From the NCBI GenBank assembly GCA_036489815.1, contig DASXFB010000107.1, forward strand, positions 60,073 through 124,072: a DNA stretch of 64,000 nucleotides. The letters are read 5' to 3'. The stretch's first letter is position 1; each line of letters begins with the position of its first letter. The position numbers and the translations under genes are program-made. Below are positions 52,821 through 63,323 of this stretch, one piece after another. This DNA is from Terracidiphilus sp. (GTDB lineage Bacteria; Acidobacteriota; Terriglobia; Terriglobales; Acidobacteriaceae). The notes beneath the pieces are model-generated. The model made no database searches. It saw nothing but the letters and a program-made list of their open reading frames with translations, and was not told the DNA's origin.

Positions 52821-53879
52821 TCATTCCTCAGTGGGACAGACTGCGACTTTTCCGCAACGGCCCGAAGACATCAGGCGATAGGCTTCGTCGGCATGTTCAA
52901 GAGCGAAGCGGTGTGTGACGATGTCTTCAGGATGAAGTTTCCAGCGGACCAGCCTCTCCACCAGTTCTTCCATCAACCAGATTGAAGTGACCCAGGAGCC
53001 GTAAATGGTCTTCTGGTCGTGGATGATGTCCGGCGAGGGATTGAAAGCCACCGTTCCTCCTTCGCCGACCATCACGATTTTTCCCCATTTGCGGGTCGCA
53101 CGAATTGCGGTCGATCGCGCTTCAGCGTTGGCGGAGCACTCTACGGCGCGCTCGACTCCATGTCCCCCGGTGACCTCTCGAACCCGCTCGATATTGTCGG
53201 CGCCTGCTGGTAGAGCCGCGTCGCAAAGGCCGAGTTTCAACGCCAGCTCGCGGCGCTCTGGCGAAATGTCTACGCCAATGATCTTCTCCGCGCCCAACTT
53301 CCGGCACAGCGCACCGGCGGCAAGACCCACCGGCCCGAGCCCAGTGATCAGGACTGCGTGGTTGCCGTCGATTCCGATTTTTTGAAGGGCTTCGTAGACT
53401 GTGCCGAATCCACAAGCAACTTGCGCACCATCGAGATAGGTGAGTGCGTCTGGAAGATGAATCAGGTCCTTTTCTTCGGCGAGCATGTACTCAGCCATGC
53501 CGCCGTCCCGCTGCCAACCATAAGCTCGACGATATTCCGGACTTGTACACGAGATCATATAGCCGCGGCGACAATCGTTGCAGACCCCGCAGCCCGAGAT
53601 GTGATACACAATCACACGGTCGCCCACCTTGAAACGGCGGCAACCCGGGCCGGCTTCGACAATCTGTCCTGAAGGCTCGTGCCCGGCAATCACTCCCTGG
53701 TACCCTTCAGGACCTTTCCCGAGATGTTCATGATAGATGGCGCGAATGTCTGAGCCGCAAATCGTCGATGCCTTGACCGCGATCAGTACCTCACCGTGAC
53801 CGGGCTTGGGCACCGGTACGTTCTTGATTTCCACGGTACTGTTCCCGGGAAGAAATGCTGCCTTCATCGTGTCCGGCAT
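52821..53879 (-). CDS. zinc-dependent alcohol dehydrogenase, YphC-like
   Basis: [28 protein letters not shown]; [23 protein letters not shown] and GSWVTS as recalled for E. coli YphC. Confidence 0.9.
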   Translation of the reverse strand: MPDTMKAAFLPGNSTVEIKNVPVPKPGHGEVLIAVKASTICGSDIRAIYHEHLGKGPEGYQGVIAGHEPSGQIVEAGPGCRRFKVGDRVIVYHISGCGVCNDCRRGYMISCTSPEYRRAYGWQRDGGMAEYMLAEEKDLIHLPDALTYLDGAQVACGFGTVYEALQKIGIDGNHAVLITGLGPVGLAAGALCRKLGAEKIIGVDISPERRELALKLGLCDAALPAGADNIERVREVTGGHGVERAVECSANAEARSTAIRATRKWGKIVMVGEGGTVAFNPSPDIIHDQKTIYGSWVTSIWLMEELVERLVRWKLHPEDIVTHRFALEHADEAYRLMSSGRCGKVAVCPTEE

Positions 53880-53987
53880 TTAGCCATCCTTCTGAATCCG
53901 CGCAATGCCTGTTCCGGGTCAAGAACCTCCAACGCGGCAGGTGCAATCATCAAAGACCAGGTCCATTCCTCAGCGGAGTTACAACCA

Positions 53988-55031
53988 TCAAGCTGGAGTA
54001 ACCGTTCCGTTTATGTCCCAAAGGTCTTCCCAGGATTGCCCGTCCTTCCAGAGGAACACCTGGCCTTTGATCAGCCGGCAGTTGCGATCCAATTTTTCGA
54101 TGGCGAGCATGTCTTCGGAGGTGAGTGGCTCACTGACCAGACCGTGCAGGTTGCTCTGCAAATTGCGGTGATTCGTCGAAAACGGAATCGGGATCTGGCC
54201 GCGTTGAACCGCCCATTTGAGGCAGACCACCGCCGGATGAATCCCGAGCCGTTGTGCGATCGCGCGGATCACTGGATCTTCAATCGGCGATGTGTCTTCC
54301 GGTGTGCGATCACGCTCGGGCCGGCCCGGAGAGCCGATGGGCGAGTAGCCGATGGGTTGAATGCCGTTGTTCAACAGATAATGAAAAAACTCCGGTTGCT
54401 GAAAGTGAGGATGCAACTCCATTTCGTTGGCGACGGGCTTGATGCGCGCATCGCGAAGAAGCAACTCCGTCTTCGGCATCGTCATGTTTGAGGTCCCGAT
54501 ATTCCGGACCCATCCCCGGTCGACCAGCTCTTCCATCTTTCGCCAGGTCCGCATGTAGTTTTCGTGGATGTAGGGCACGGCATGGAGGGTGCGCGTCGTC
54601 ACGTCGCAGCCCACCGGATGATGGTTGGGAAATGGCCAGTGAACCAGGTAGAGATCGAGATAATCCACTTGAAGATCGGCTAGTGACTGCCGGCACGAAG
54701 CGATTACATCTTCTTCCCCGTGCTTATCGTTCCAAAGCTTGGAGGTGATCCAGACTTCAGCGCGGTCAAGTTGGCTCGTGAATAACTGCTTGAACACGCT
54801 GCCGATTTTGTCTTCGTTGCCGTAAACCGAAGCACAATCGAAATGGCGGAATCCGATGGAGGCGGCAAACCGAACCGCGTCCGCCACAGCATCATGCGAG
54901 ACATGATCGGATCCGAAAGTGCCCATGCCGATGCCCGGCACTCTTGCGCCGGAAGTGAGCACGCGGCTTGGGATGAGCGCCGGATCCACGGCTTGAACAT
55001 CTCTGTCAGAGTGGGCGCTGGTGGAGTGCAA
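53988..55031 (-). CDS. aldo/keto reductase
   Basis: HFDCASVYGNE, WITSKLWN, DLYLVHWP, IGTSN; TTG start. Confidence 0.92.
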   Translation of the reverse strand: MHSTSAHSDRDVQAVDPALIPSRVLTSGARVPGIGMGTFGSDHVSHDAVADAVRFAASIGFRHFDCASVYGNEDKIGSVFKQLFTSQLDRAEVWITSKLWNDKHGEEDVIASCRQSLADLQVDYLDLYLVHWPFPNHHPVGCDVTTRTLHAVPYIHENYMRTWRKMEELVDRGWVRNIGTSNMTMPKTELLLRDARIKPVANEMELHPHFQQPEFFHYLLNNGIQPIGYSPIGSPGRPERDRTPEDTSPIEDPVIRAIAQRLGIHPAVVCLKWAVQRGQIPIPFSTNHRNLQSNLHGLVSEPLTSEDMLAIEKLDRNCRLIKGQVFLWKDGQSWEDLWDINGTVTPA

Positions 55032-55047
55032 TGGCTTCCCCGAGGCT

Positions 55048-55075
55048 CGTTAATCGGTAACTGAATCGTTTAACA
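55048..55075 (-). promoter_or_regulatory. two LacI-type operator-like sites
   Basis: Minus strand TGTTAAACGATTCAG and GTTACCGATTAAC (central CG pseudo-palindromes) immediately downstream of the -10. Confidence 0.6.
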
Positions 55076-55104
55076 TTCTAGGCAGAAGCCGCGGAAGGTG
55101 TCAA
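55075..55104 (-). promoter_or_regulatory. sigma70 promoter of the AKR-ADH-FucU-GH29 operon
   Basis: Minus strand TTGACA-18bp-TAGAAT. Confidence 0.7.
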
Positions 55105-55261
55105 GAAATCACTTGCTTAAATGGGAAATTGGCCGGAATCGGGCTTCCTCAGGTCCACGAAGGCCGCTCCCGTGAGTTCCATGGAAGTGAAGCGCGCCTC
55201 GCGAGGTCAACGAGATCGAGCGATCATCCAAGCGAGCGAGTCCACTTTTCTCGCCTTCGGG

Positions 55262-56293
55262 TCAGATGCCGGATTTTTCCGGCGCCCGCAGCGTCGAGGC
55301 CCGCACGATTAACTTGGGGGGCAGCAGAACCGATTCAGGCTTGGAGATCACTTTGGATTTCAAGTTCTCCAGAACCAGGCGGGCCGCCTCGGCGCCAATT
55401 CGACTGCTGTTTTGGTCGATGCTCGACAGGGGCACACGCAATGAATCATCGTAGTGAAGATTGCCGCAGCCGATAACGGCCACATCTTCCGGAATTCTCA
55501 GGCCCTCAGCGATCGCTTCATTGATCGCGCCCATCGCCAGAGGATCGTTAAAGCAGAAAACGCCATCTGGCCTCTGCTTCAGACCGAGCAAGTGTTTCAT
55601 GGCGTCTGCCCCGCGCTGTCGAGTTCCCACATCGCCCTTCGGTTCAGCGATGATATATTCGTCGATTACATTCCGGCCGTTCTGTCCAAGCGCCTGTCTG
55701 TAGCCCTCGAGCCGCCGCAGACCGGGGCTTGTCCCCGGACCACGCACGTGGGCGATTCTCTTGCACCCAACGTCGATGAGATGCTGCGTCGCCATCATTC
55801 CAACCACAAAATCGTCGGATCCAACGAAATTGGCGGATAGGCCGGGGAAGCTCCGATCAATCAGTACGTAGGGAGTCTTCTGCTTCTCGATTCGGAAAAA
55901 GACCTCGACAGTGGCTCGGCAAGACGCGATGATCAGGGAGTCGAGCTGGCGTGCCAGGAGTTGACCAATCTCCTGTTCTTCAAGTTCAGGGTCCTCCTCG
56001 GAAGAAGCGACGACCAGGTGGTAGTCATTCTTGCGAAGGGCATGTGAAAGAGATTCCGCGATTTCCGCAAAAAATGGATGGAGCAGATCGGGGACGATCA
56101 ATCCGACTAAATAGGTACGGCCTGTAACAAGGCCTCGGGCTGCAAGGTTCGGTCGGTAATCGAGTTCCTTAACTCGTGCCAGCACGCGCTGGCGTGTCTC
56201 CTCGCCCACATCTGGATGGTTTCGCAACACCTTCGAGATGGTTACCGTGGACACGCCAAGGTCTCTGGCTATGTCCTTCATTCGCAGGCTCAT
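55262..56293 (-). CDS. LacI family transcriptional regulator
   Basis: MKDIARDLGVSTVTISKVL, YRPNLAARGL, FCFNDPLAMG, LIVRAST. Confidence 0.95.
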   Translation of the reverse strand: MSLRMKDIARDLGVSTVTISKVLRNHPDVGEETRQRVLARVKELDYRPNLAARGLVTGRTYLVGLIVPDLLHPFFAEIAESLSHALRKNDYHLVVASSEEDPELEEQEIGQLLARQLDSLIIASCRATVEVFFRIEKQKTPYVLIDRSFPGLSANFVGSDDFVVGMMATQHLIDVGCKRIAHVRGPGTSPGLRRLEGYRQALGQNGRNVIDEYIIAEPKGDVGTRQRGADAMKHLLGLKQRPDGVFCFNDPLAMGAINEAIAEGLRIPEDVAVIGCGNLHYDDSLRVPLSSIDQNSSRIGAEAARLVLENLKSKVISKPESVLLPPKLIVRASTLRAPEKSGI

Positions 56294-56566
56294 AGACGAT
56301 AACATCAGTATACATTGGTTCGGTTCCGGCCTGTGCCGATTTGAAGTAGAGCGCCCACAGCCTTCTTGGTCGCTGAAGAGGGGAAGGTCGAAGAGCGGAG
56401 GATCCGGGACGAGGCAAGCCATCGCTGTCCTTGAAGGCCGGCGATGCAAACCCGCGATCTCGACGTCGACAAACTGGTCACTTCAGAAGCCTGGCGTCGA
56501 TAGCTTTGTGATATGTTACATGCTGTAGCACCCGGGGCGGGCCAGTGTGAAGGTGGAGGTGAGACG

Positions 56567-59116
56567 ATGCGAATTCTCAAGCAGGACCTGGGCTATGCGT
56601 TTCGCCAATTGCGCAAGACCCCGGGGTTCACCGTGACCGTGCTGCTCACGCTGGCGCTCGGCATCGGCGCCAACTCCGCCATCTTCACGCTGGTCAACGC
56701 CATCCTGCTCCATAACCTGCCGGTAACCGACCCCAAAACCCTCGTTCGCATCGGCGACAAAGACGACTGCTGCGTCAACAGCGGCTGGCACGATGACGGG
56801 GACTACTCGCTCTTCGCTACAGACACCTATTACGCGTTCAAGAAGAACTTGCCGGAGTTCGAAGAGCTGGCCGCGATGGAAGCAGGCTATGCCTGGCGGC
56901 CCATTACCGTCCGCCGCGCCGGACCGCAAACCGTAGCCAAGTCCGTCATGGGAACCTTCGTCTCCGGCAACTACTTCCGCGTCTTCGGCCTTTCGCCTGC
57001 GGCAGGCCGGCTCTTTGTGGATGCCGACGACCAGAAGGGCGCGCCCATTACCGCCGTGATGAGCTACGACGCATGGCAGCAGGACTATGCAGGCGACAAA
57101 AGCGTTGTGGGCAGCGCGTTTTATATCAATACCAAGCCGGTGATCATTATTGGTATCGCGCCGAAGGGGTTTTATGGCGACCGCATCGATACCAATCCGC
57201 CCAAGTATTTCCTTCCCATGAATTCAATGGATCAGGTCATCGGCGCACCGTACTTCAGCGATCCCGATACCCAGTGGGCTTACATCATCGGCCGCGTCAA
57301 GCCGGGAACTTCCTTGCCCGCCCTCCAGGCCAAGGTCAGCGCGCTGCTCAAGCAGCTGTATGTGCCGCTCAAGACATTTACTGACCAGCGCGCCCAAAAG
57401 GCTCTGCCCCGCACCCATGTGGTGCTCACTCCCGGCGGTGGCGGCATTCAGAACATGCAGGACGGTTACAAGGATCACCTCAAGCTGCTCGAATGGATCG
57501 CCGCCCTGGTGCTTCTCGTCGCCTGCGCCAACATCGCCAACCTGTTGCTGGTGCGCGGCATGAGCCGCCGCGCCGAGCTTTCCATCCGCTCCGCCTTGGG
57601 CGCGCAGCGCAGCCGTATCGTGCGCCAGCTTCTTACAGAGAGCGTTCTCCTTGCGGGCATGGGTGGGCTGCTTGGCCTTGCCGTCTCCTACCTGGGAGCG
57701 CACGCGCTGCTGGCGCTCGCCTTTCCCAATCAGCACAGCATGCCGGTCACGGCTTTCCCTTCGCTGCTGGTGATCGGCTTTGCGTTTGCGCTTTCGCTCC
57801 TTACGGGTGTCCTGTTCGGCTTGGCGCCGGCGCTGATGGCCGCGCGCACCCAGCCCGCTGAAGCGCTACGCTCAAATGCGCGTACCACCGCTCACGGAGC
57901 ATCCTGGCTGCAGCGCGGGCTCGTCGTCCTGCAGGCCGCACTCTCTCTGGTGCTGCTGGTCGCCGCGGGCCTCTTTGCGCAGAGCCTCAACAAGGCCGAA
58001 AACGTGGACATGAAACTGGACGCGACGAATCGCTACATCGCCCATATCAATCCGCAAGCCGCCGGCTACAAGAACACGCAGGTTGAGCCGCTCTACCAGA
58101 GCATCGTAGACCATCTTCACGCCGTTCCCGGCGTGCTTAAAGTCGGCCTCGCCACCTACACACCCATGGAGGAAAACAATTGGGGATCTGGCGTAAAAGT
58201 GCAGGGCGATCCGGATCTGAACAAAGGCGCATCCTGGGTGAAAGCCACCCCGGAGTACTTCGACTCCGTCGGCACCCACGTTGTGATGGGCCGCGGCTTC
58301 ACGCCGCAAGACACGCTGAATGCGCCGCCTGTCGCCGTGGTCAATCAGGAGTTCGTGAAGCAATTCTTCGGCAAGCGCAACCCGATCGGCCACCGCTTTG
58401 GCTTTTCCGGTCCACAAAAGGTCCCCCAGGATGGGGCGCATGAGATCGTCGGCGTGGTCGAAGACACTGTCTACACCAGCGTCTACTGGAAAAACCATGC
58501 CATGTACTTTCTACCCCTCACACAGCCTGCCGGCATTCCTACTCCCGACGACCCTCTCGACAAAGACCAATCCATGTACGCCGGCGCGCTGGTCGTTCAG
58601 ACCGCCTATCCTATCGCCGGTTTTGAAAAGATTGTCGGCGACACTCTGGCCGGCATCAACCCCAACCTCACCATCGTGAAGTTTCAGACATTCCAGCAGC
58701 AGATTGACGATCGGTTCATCGCGGAGCGCCTCATCGCGCGCCTCACATCCCTCTTCGGCCTGCTCGCGTTGCTGCTCGCCGCCATCGGCCTTTACGGTGT
58801 CACCGCTTACACCGTGGTCCGCCGCACGCCGGAGATCGGCATCCGCATGGCGCTGGGAGCGGCGCGCAGCCGCGTAATCGCAATGGTTATGCGCGGCGCC
58901 ATGCTGCAGGCCATTACCGGCCTCGTCATCGGCATCCCGGTGGCCATCTTCTGCGTGCGCTATGTCAAGTCTCAGCTTTATGAGATCACCAGCGTGAATG
59001 TGCCGGTGATGGCCGTCGCAATCGGCGTGCTGGTGCTTGCGGCCGCCATTGCCGGTATCATTCCGGCGCGGCGCGCAGCCTCTATTGATCCTGTGCGAGC
59101 CCTGCGCATTGAATGA
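56567..59116 (+). CDS. ADOP-type duplicated ABC (MacB/FtsX) permease
   Basis: [62 protein letters not shown]; GGAGG RBS. Confidence 0.93.
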   Translation: MRILKQDLGYAFRQLRKTPGFTVTVLLTLALGIGANSAIFTLVNAILLHNLPVTDPKTLVRIGDKDDCCVNSGWHDDGDYSLFATDTYYAFKKNLPEFEELAAMEAGYAWRPITVRRAGPQTVAKSVMGTFVSGNYFRVFGLSPAAGRLFVDADDQKGAPITAVMSYDAWQQDYAGDKSVVGSAFYINTKPVIIIGIAPKGFYGDRIDTNPPKYFLPMNSMDQVIGAPYFSDPDTQWAYIIGRVKPGTSLPALQAKVSALLKQLYVPLKTFTDQRAQKALPRTHVVLTPGGGGIQNMQDGYKDHLKLLEWIAALVLLVACANIANLLLVRGMSRRAELSIRSALGAQRSRIVRQLLTESVLLAGMGGLLGLAVSYLGAHALLALAFPNQHSMPVTAFPSLLVIGFAFALSLLTGVLFGLAPALMAARTQPAEALRSNARTTAHGASWLQRGLVVLQAALSLVLLVAAGLFAQSLNKAENVDMKLDATNRYIAHINPQAAGYKNTQVEPLYQSIVDHLHAVPGVLKVGLATYTPMEENNWGSGVKVQGDPDLNKGASWVKATPEYFDSVGTHVVMGRGFTPQDTLNAPPVAVVNQEFVKQFFGKRNPIGHRFGFSGPQKVPQDGAHEIVGVVEDTVYTSVYWKNHAMYFLPLTQPAGIPTPDDPLDKDQSMYAGALVVQTAYPIAGFEKIVGDTLAGINPNLTIVKFQTFQQQIDDRFIAERLIARLTSLFGLLALLLAAIGLYGVTAYTVVRRTPEIGIRMALGAARSRVIAMVMRGAMLQAITGLVIGIPVAIFCVRYVKSQLYEITSVNVPVMAVAIGVLVLAAAIAGIIPARRAASIDPVRALRIE

Positions 59117-59282
59117 GCTGCGCCCTTCTGACAGCCTACGCAACCCCGTAGTTCGCTGGAACGGGTTCCATCAAGAGATTTGTGAAAGCGCAGAGTTCCG
59201 CCGTGCCGCAAAGTAGCCCGGCGAGTGCCTCGGCGATCAAGACCGCCGAACCGTCGTACACTGGATACATCGGGTTCCCGGA

Positions 59283-59996
59283 ATGAAAAGACTCGCCATC
59301 GGCCTCTATGCAGGGGCTACCGTTGCCCTGATGATCTGGGGCTACTATCAGGCCATCTACGTCGCGCCCACTGATGCCTTGCAGGGCGAAATCTTCCGCA
59401 TCATCTTCTATCACGTTCCGCTCTTTATCTGTACGTTTCTCTTCTTCGCTCTCTCGTTTGCCGGCTCTATCGGCTTTCTGGCATACCGCCATAGCCGGCC
59501 GGACTGGGCGCAAATCGCCGATGCCTGGGCGCTTGCCGGTGCAGAAGTCGGCGTGGTCTGCTGCACCAACGCGCTGATTCTCGGCTCGATGTGGGGCCGC
59601 CGCGCCTGGGGTATCTGGTGGACCTGGGATGCCCGGCTTACCACGACCCTGATTCTCTGGCTCATCTATGTCAGCTACCTGCTGCTGCGCCGATTTGCCG
59701 CCGGAGTCCAGATGCAGACCCTCGCCGCCGTCCTGGGCATCTTTGGAGCGCTGGATGTGCCAATCGTCTACATGTCGAACCGGTGGTGGCGCACGCAGCA
59801 CCCGGCGCCGGTCTTCGGCGGCGCCTCCGGTTCGGGCATGGACAAGTCGATGCTCATCCCCTTTGAATGGAACCTCCTGGCTTGGTTTGCCTGGGGCATC
59901 CTGCTTCTCATACTCCGCTTCCACGTGGAGCGGCAACAACAGCGCATCGCCGACGCCGAGGCTCAGGAAGCCTTAGCGGATCACACCCTGCGATAA
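59283..59996 (+). CDS. ccmC: cytochrome c biogenesis heme exporter CcmC
   Basis: RIIFYHVP, Trp-rich WGRRAWGIWWTWDARLT (WWD motif), WWRTQHP. Confidence 0.9.
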   Translation: MKRLAIGLYAGATVALMIWGYYQAIYVAPTDALQGEIFRIIFYHVPLFICTFLFFALSFAGSIGFLAYRHSRPDWAQIADAWALAGAEVGVVCCTNALILGSMWGRRAWGIWWTWDARLTTTLILWLIYVSYLLLRRFAAGVQMQTLAAVLGIFGALDVPIVYMSNRWWRTQHPAPVFGGASGSGMDKSMLIPFEWNLLAWFAWGILLLILRFHVERQQQRIADAEAQEALADHTLR

Positions 59997-60029
59997 GCCG
60001 GCGACCTGATTTGGACCTGGAGAAAAAGC

Positions 60030-60179
60030 ATGGATTACGCAGCCGTTCTCGATCACAAGTTCAGAGTCGCCGCTTACGCTATAACCTGGATGATCCAACT
60101 CGGCTACGTGGGATGGCTGGGCCTGCGATGGCGGGCGCAAAAGCGCGCATCCGTGAGCTCGGATCGCATCCCGCGTTAG
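60030..60179 (+). CDS. ccmD: CcmD-like small membrane protein (49 aa, absent from ORF track)
   Basis: GGAG RBS; MDYAAVLDHKFRVAAYAITWMIQLGYVGWLGLRWRAQKRASVSSDRIPR: AAY motif, one TM, basic tail, immediately after ccmC. Confidence 0.72.
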   Translation: MDYAAVLDHKFRVAAYAITWMIQLGYVGWLGLRWRAQKRASVSSDRIPR

Positions 60180-60242
60180 AGCGTTTTTGGTTAAAGTTTG
60201 CTAAGTTATGTATTTGCAAATAGATAAAGAGAGAAACGCTCT
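60178..60242. repeat. 65-bp AT-rich element with terminal inverted repeats (MITE-like)
   Basis: AGAGCGTTT ... AAACGCTCT. Confidence 0.5.
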
Positions 60243-60811
60243 GTCCCACTTTGGTGGAAAGTTATAGCACGGACTTGCAATTAAATACCTCCAAGTGCTA
60301 TTTAAGTTTTTCCTCATCTGGCCGATGATTCAGATGTGAGCCGGGTAAGAAAACCGGGCAAGGAGTGTTTTTCCAATGCACACGTGTTTAATTGCACTTG
60401 CTTTCATCGGGATGGCTATTTCCCTGGCGATCGTTGCCATGCATTCCGACGCTGGATCGTCCAGCGAACCCAAATAAACGCAGCCGCATAAACGCAGCAG
60501 TTGAACCGCAATTACCGTTCTACCGCGATTGACGCCTCCCCAGATCTGCATTTTCGGCGTTATCGCTTCGGCTTTCAGCCCTTTTGGGCGACAAAACGGC
60601 ACAGCATCGGATAAGAATCCGCCGTTTTCCGCTTCAGTTGGGTGCTTTTGGGCCCAACTCGCGCCGACCCATCCTTTCCCCACCTCCAGCCGTCGCGCTC
60701 AAGGTTGGTCAGGCTCGTCAAGACCCCGTCCTAACCGGGGCCGGATACCCCCTCCCCCTCCCCAAAAAAACGCCTCCACGATGCGATAGACTGAAGTTTC
60801 GAGGACCAGCC

Positions 60812-61864
60812 ATGCTCGTGGTCATGAAAGCGCAGGCTACGGCTGAGGAGATCCAGGCAGTCTGCGGCCATATTGAACAGTTGGGCTTTCGCGCCCATCC
60901 TCTTCCCGGCGCACAGCGCACCGCCATCGGCATCACCGGCAACCAGGGCGAAGTGGACCGCGGCAATCTTGAAGCTCTTCCCGGCGTCGCGGAAGTCATC
61001 CGCGTTTCGAAAGCCTACAAACTGGCCAGCCGCGACGTGAAGGAAGAGGATACCGTCATTCGTTTCGCCGGTTGTGACGCGGCCATCGGCGGTCGTGACC
61101 TGGCGGTCGTGGCCGGCCCCTGCTCCATTGAGAGCCGCGAACAGGCCTTCGCCATTGCCGAGCAGGTAGCGGCGGCGGGCGCACAGTTTTTCCGTGGCGG
61201 CGCCTACAAGCCCCGCACCTCGCCTTATGCGTTTCAAGGCCTCGGCCTCGAAGCGCTGAAGATCATGTCCGAAATCCGGGAAAGGTTCGGGCTGCGCATC
61301 ATTACCGAGGCACTCGATAGCGAAACCCTCGAACTCGTCGCCGAGTGGGCCGATGTCATCCAGATCGGCGCACGCAACATGCAGAACTTCTCGCTGCTCA
61401 AAAAGGCCGGCCGGCTGCGCAAGCCCGTGCTGGTCAAGCGCGGCCTGAGCGCCACGCTCGAAGAGTTCCTGATGGCTGCCGAGTATGTGATGAGCGAGGG
61501 CAACTACGAAGTGATCCTCTGCGAACGCGGCGTGCGCACCTTCGCCGACCATGCGCGCAACACACTTGACCTGAGCATTGTGCCGGCCATCAAGCGGGCC
61601 AGCCATCTGCCGATTCTGGTCGACCCGAGCCACGGCACCGGCCGGCGCGACAGCGTGCTGCCCATGGCCAGGGCTGCCGTGGCCACCGGCGCTGACGGCG
61701 TCATGGTCGAGGTGCACAATCATCCTGAAGCCGCTCTCTCTGACGGCCCGCAGTCCATCTATCCCCAGCAGTTTCGCGACATGATGGGTGAAATCGAGCA
61801 GATTGCTCCCATCGTCCTGCGCCGTCTGCCGCGCGGCATCCGCGTGGAAGCATCCGCCGGATAA
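60812..61864 (+). CDS. aroF: DAHP synthase, class I-beta with N-terminal ferredoxin-like regulatory domain
   Basis: [43 protein letters not shown]; GAGG RBS. Confidence 0.95.
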   Translation: MLVVMKAQATAEEIQAVCGHIEQLGFRAHPLPGAQRTAIGITGNQGEVDRGNLEALPGVAEVIRVSKAYKLASRDVKEEDTVIRFAGCDAAIGGRDLAVVAGPCSIESREQAFAIAEQVAAAGAQFFRGGAYKPRTSPYAFQGLGLEALKIMSEIRERFGLRIITEALDSETLELVAEWADVIQIGARNMQNFSLLKKAGRLRKPVLVKRGLSATLEEFLMAAEYVMSEGNYEVILCERGVRTFADHARNTLDLSIVPAIKRASHLPILVDPSHGTGRRDSVLPMARAAVATGADGVMVEVHNHPEAALSDGPQSIYPQQFRDMMGEIEQIAPIVLRRLPRGIRVEASAG

Positions 61865-61948
61865 GATGTTTCTGTGCCGCGCATTAAATTGGAATCGAGA
61901 GCCGCGCAATACCGCTGGGGACCCCGGGTCTCCCGTGTGCGACGGGCG

Positions 61949-63190
61949 ATGGCGCGAATTCTGCACGCCCTTCTAATTCTTCCCGCTCTTGGTACGCTCG
62001 CGCTCACCGGTTGCCGCCCCCACGATTTTCCGCAATACGCGCCGAACTATCGCGAATATGCCTATATTCCCAACGGCGGCAGCGCGACCGTCACCATCCT
62101 CGACGTTGTGAACGTCAGGGTAGACCGCGAGCTGCCAGTGGGGCAGAATCCGGTAGCCGTCGCCGTCAGCCCCACGCGCAACGAAGTGTATGTGGTCAAC
62201 TGCGGCGCGCCCGGCGGATCGGGTTCCGTCTCGGTGATTGACGCCGAGCAAAACGCCGTCGTCGCAACCATCCCCGTCGGCCAGCGGCCCGTGTCCATCG
62301 ATGTCGATTCGGGGGGCAGGCTTGCCTACGTCGCCGATTCTGCTTCGAACGCCGTCTCCGTGATTGACCTGCGTGCCCGCACCGAGATCGCCCGCATCGG
62401 CACGGGTGAGGAGCCGGTCGCAGCGCAGCTCGCGCCCGATGGCAAAACCCTGGTCGTCGCAAACCGGCGCGGCGACTCGGTCACCTTGATTGATCCCGCA
62501 ACCGGCTACCTGCGCTCCGTCTTTGCAGGCTGCCCCGGCGCGGCAGATCCCGTCATCCTGCCCGATTCTTCCAAGGCCTTCGTCGCCTGTTCGGCCGGCC
62601 ACCAGGTGATGGCGATTGCGCTTGCGCGGCCCCAGAACGGGTCCGCGAATGGGTCTTCAAACGGGTCCTCCAGCGCGTCCTCGATCAAATCCTCGATCAC
62701 GTTTGCGAACCGGTCAGCGTCGCCGGGGTGGGAGCCTGACCGCCTGGAGGCGCTCATGGACGTGGGCCGCGCGCCCGTCGACCTGGCCCTGAAACCCGAT
62801 GGCGGCGAGGTGTTCGCGTCCAACTCGCTCTCCGACTCCGTCTCCGAGATCTACAACACCACCGACGAGGTCGGCGATACCTACATGATCGGCGACGACC
62901 CGGTGCGCGGCCTTGTCTCGCGCGACAACGCGCTGCTCTATGTCGCCAATCTGCGTTCTCAATACCTCAACATCTATTCGATCGATGACGGAAAGCGCGT
63001 CGGATGGGTTCACGTGGGCGACGGACCTTCGGCCATGGCCTTTTCCGCAGCCGGCCATCTGCTCTTTGTCGTGGACTCGCGCTCCGGCGATGTAACCGTG
63101 GTGCGTACCGCCTCGGAATCGGTGTTTACGATGCTGCCGGCCGGCCGCGATCCCGACGCGATTGCGGTAAAGGCATTCAAAATGCCCTGA
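61949..63190 (+). CDS. YncE/YVTN beta-propeller lipoprotein
   Basis: Lipobox LTGC; repeated YV.N..S.SVSVID and VG..P motifs; start uncertain (61874 possible). Confidence 0.85.
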   Translation: MARILHALLILPALGTLALTGCRPHDFPQYAPNYREYAYIPNGGSATVTILDVVNVRVDRELPVGQNPVAVAVSPTRNEVYVVNCGAPGGSGSVSVIDAEQNAVVATIPVGQRPVSIDVDSGGRLAYVADSASNAVSVIDLRARTEIARIGTGEEPVAAQLAPDGKTLVVANRRGDSVTLIDPATGYLRSVFAGCPGAADPVILPDSSKAFVACSAGHQVMAIALARPQNGSANGSSNGSSSASSIKSSITFANRSASPGWEPDRLEALMDVGRAPVDLALKPDGGEVFASNSLSDSVSEIYNTTDEVGDTYMIGDDPVRGLVSRDNALLYVANLRSQYLNIYSIDDGKRVGWVHVGDGPSAMAFSAAGHLLFVVDSRSGDVTVVRTASESVFTMLPAGRDPDAIAVKAFKMP

Positions 63191-63241
63191 CGCTCAACGC
63201 GCCGGAGGTTTGCGAATCAAGTGGGGACGGAGATCTGCCGC

Positions 63242-63276
63242 GCCCCATCCTTTGTGCGCCCATTGCACAGGGTGGG
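63242..63276. repeat. REP-like palindrome
   Basis: GCCCCATCCTTTGTGC..GCACAGGGTGGG between convergent genes; same end architecture as the 43.2 kb repeats. Confidence 0.65.
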
Positions 63277-63323
63277 AGATCGAAAAGTTCAACCCGCCTG
63301 GAAACGCTCAAGCCGAAAACGCT

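Noticed and set aside
56444-56503. Short ORF MQTRDLDVDKLVTSEAWRR as the missing padR 3' half
   Set aside because: Similarity to PadR C-termini is too weak to support by eye
60330-60683. 117-aa ORF in the ccmD-aroF spacer
   Set aside because: No RBS, atypical composition and no recognisable motif
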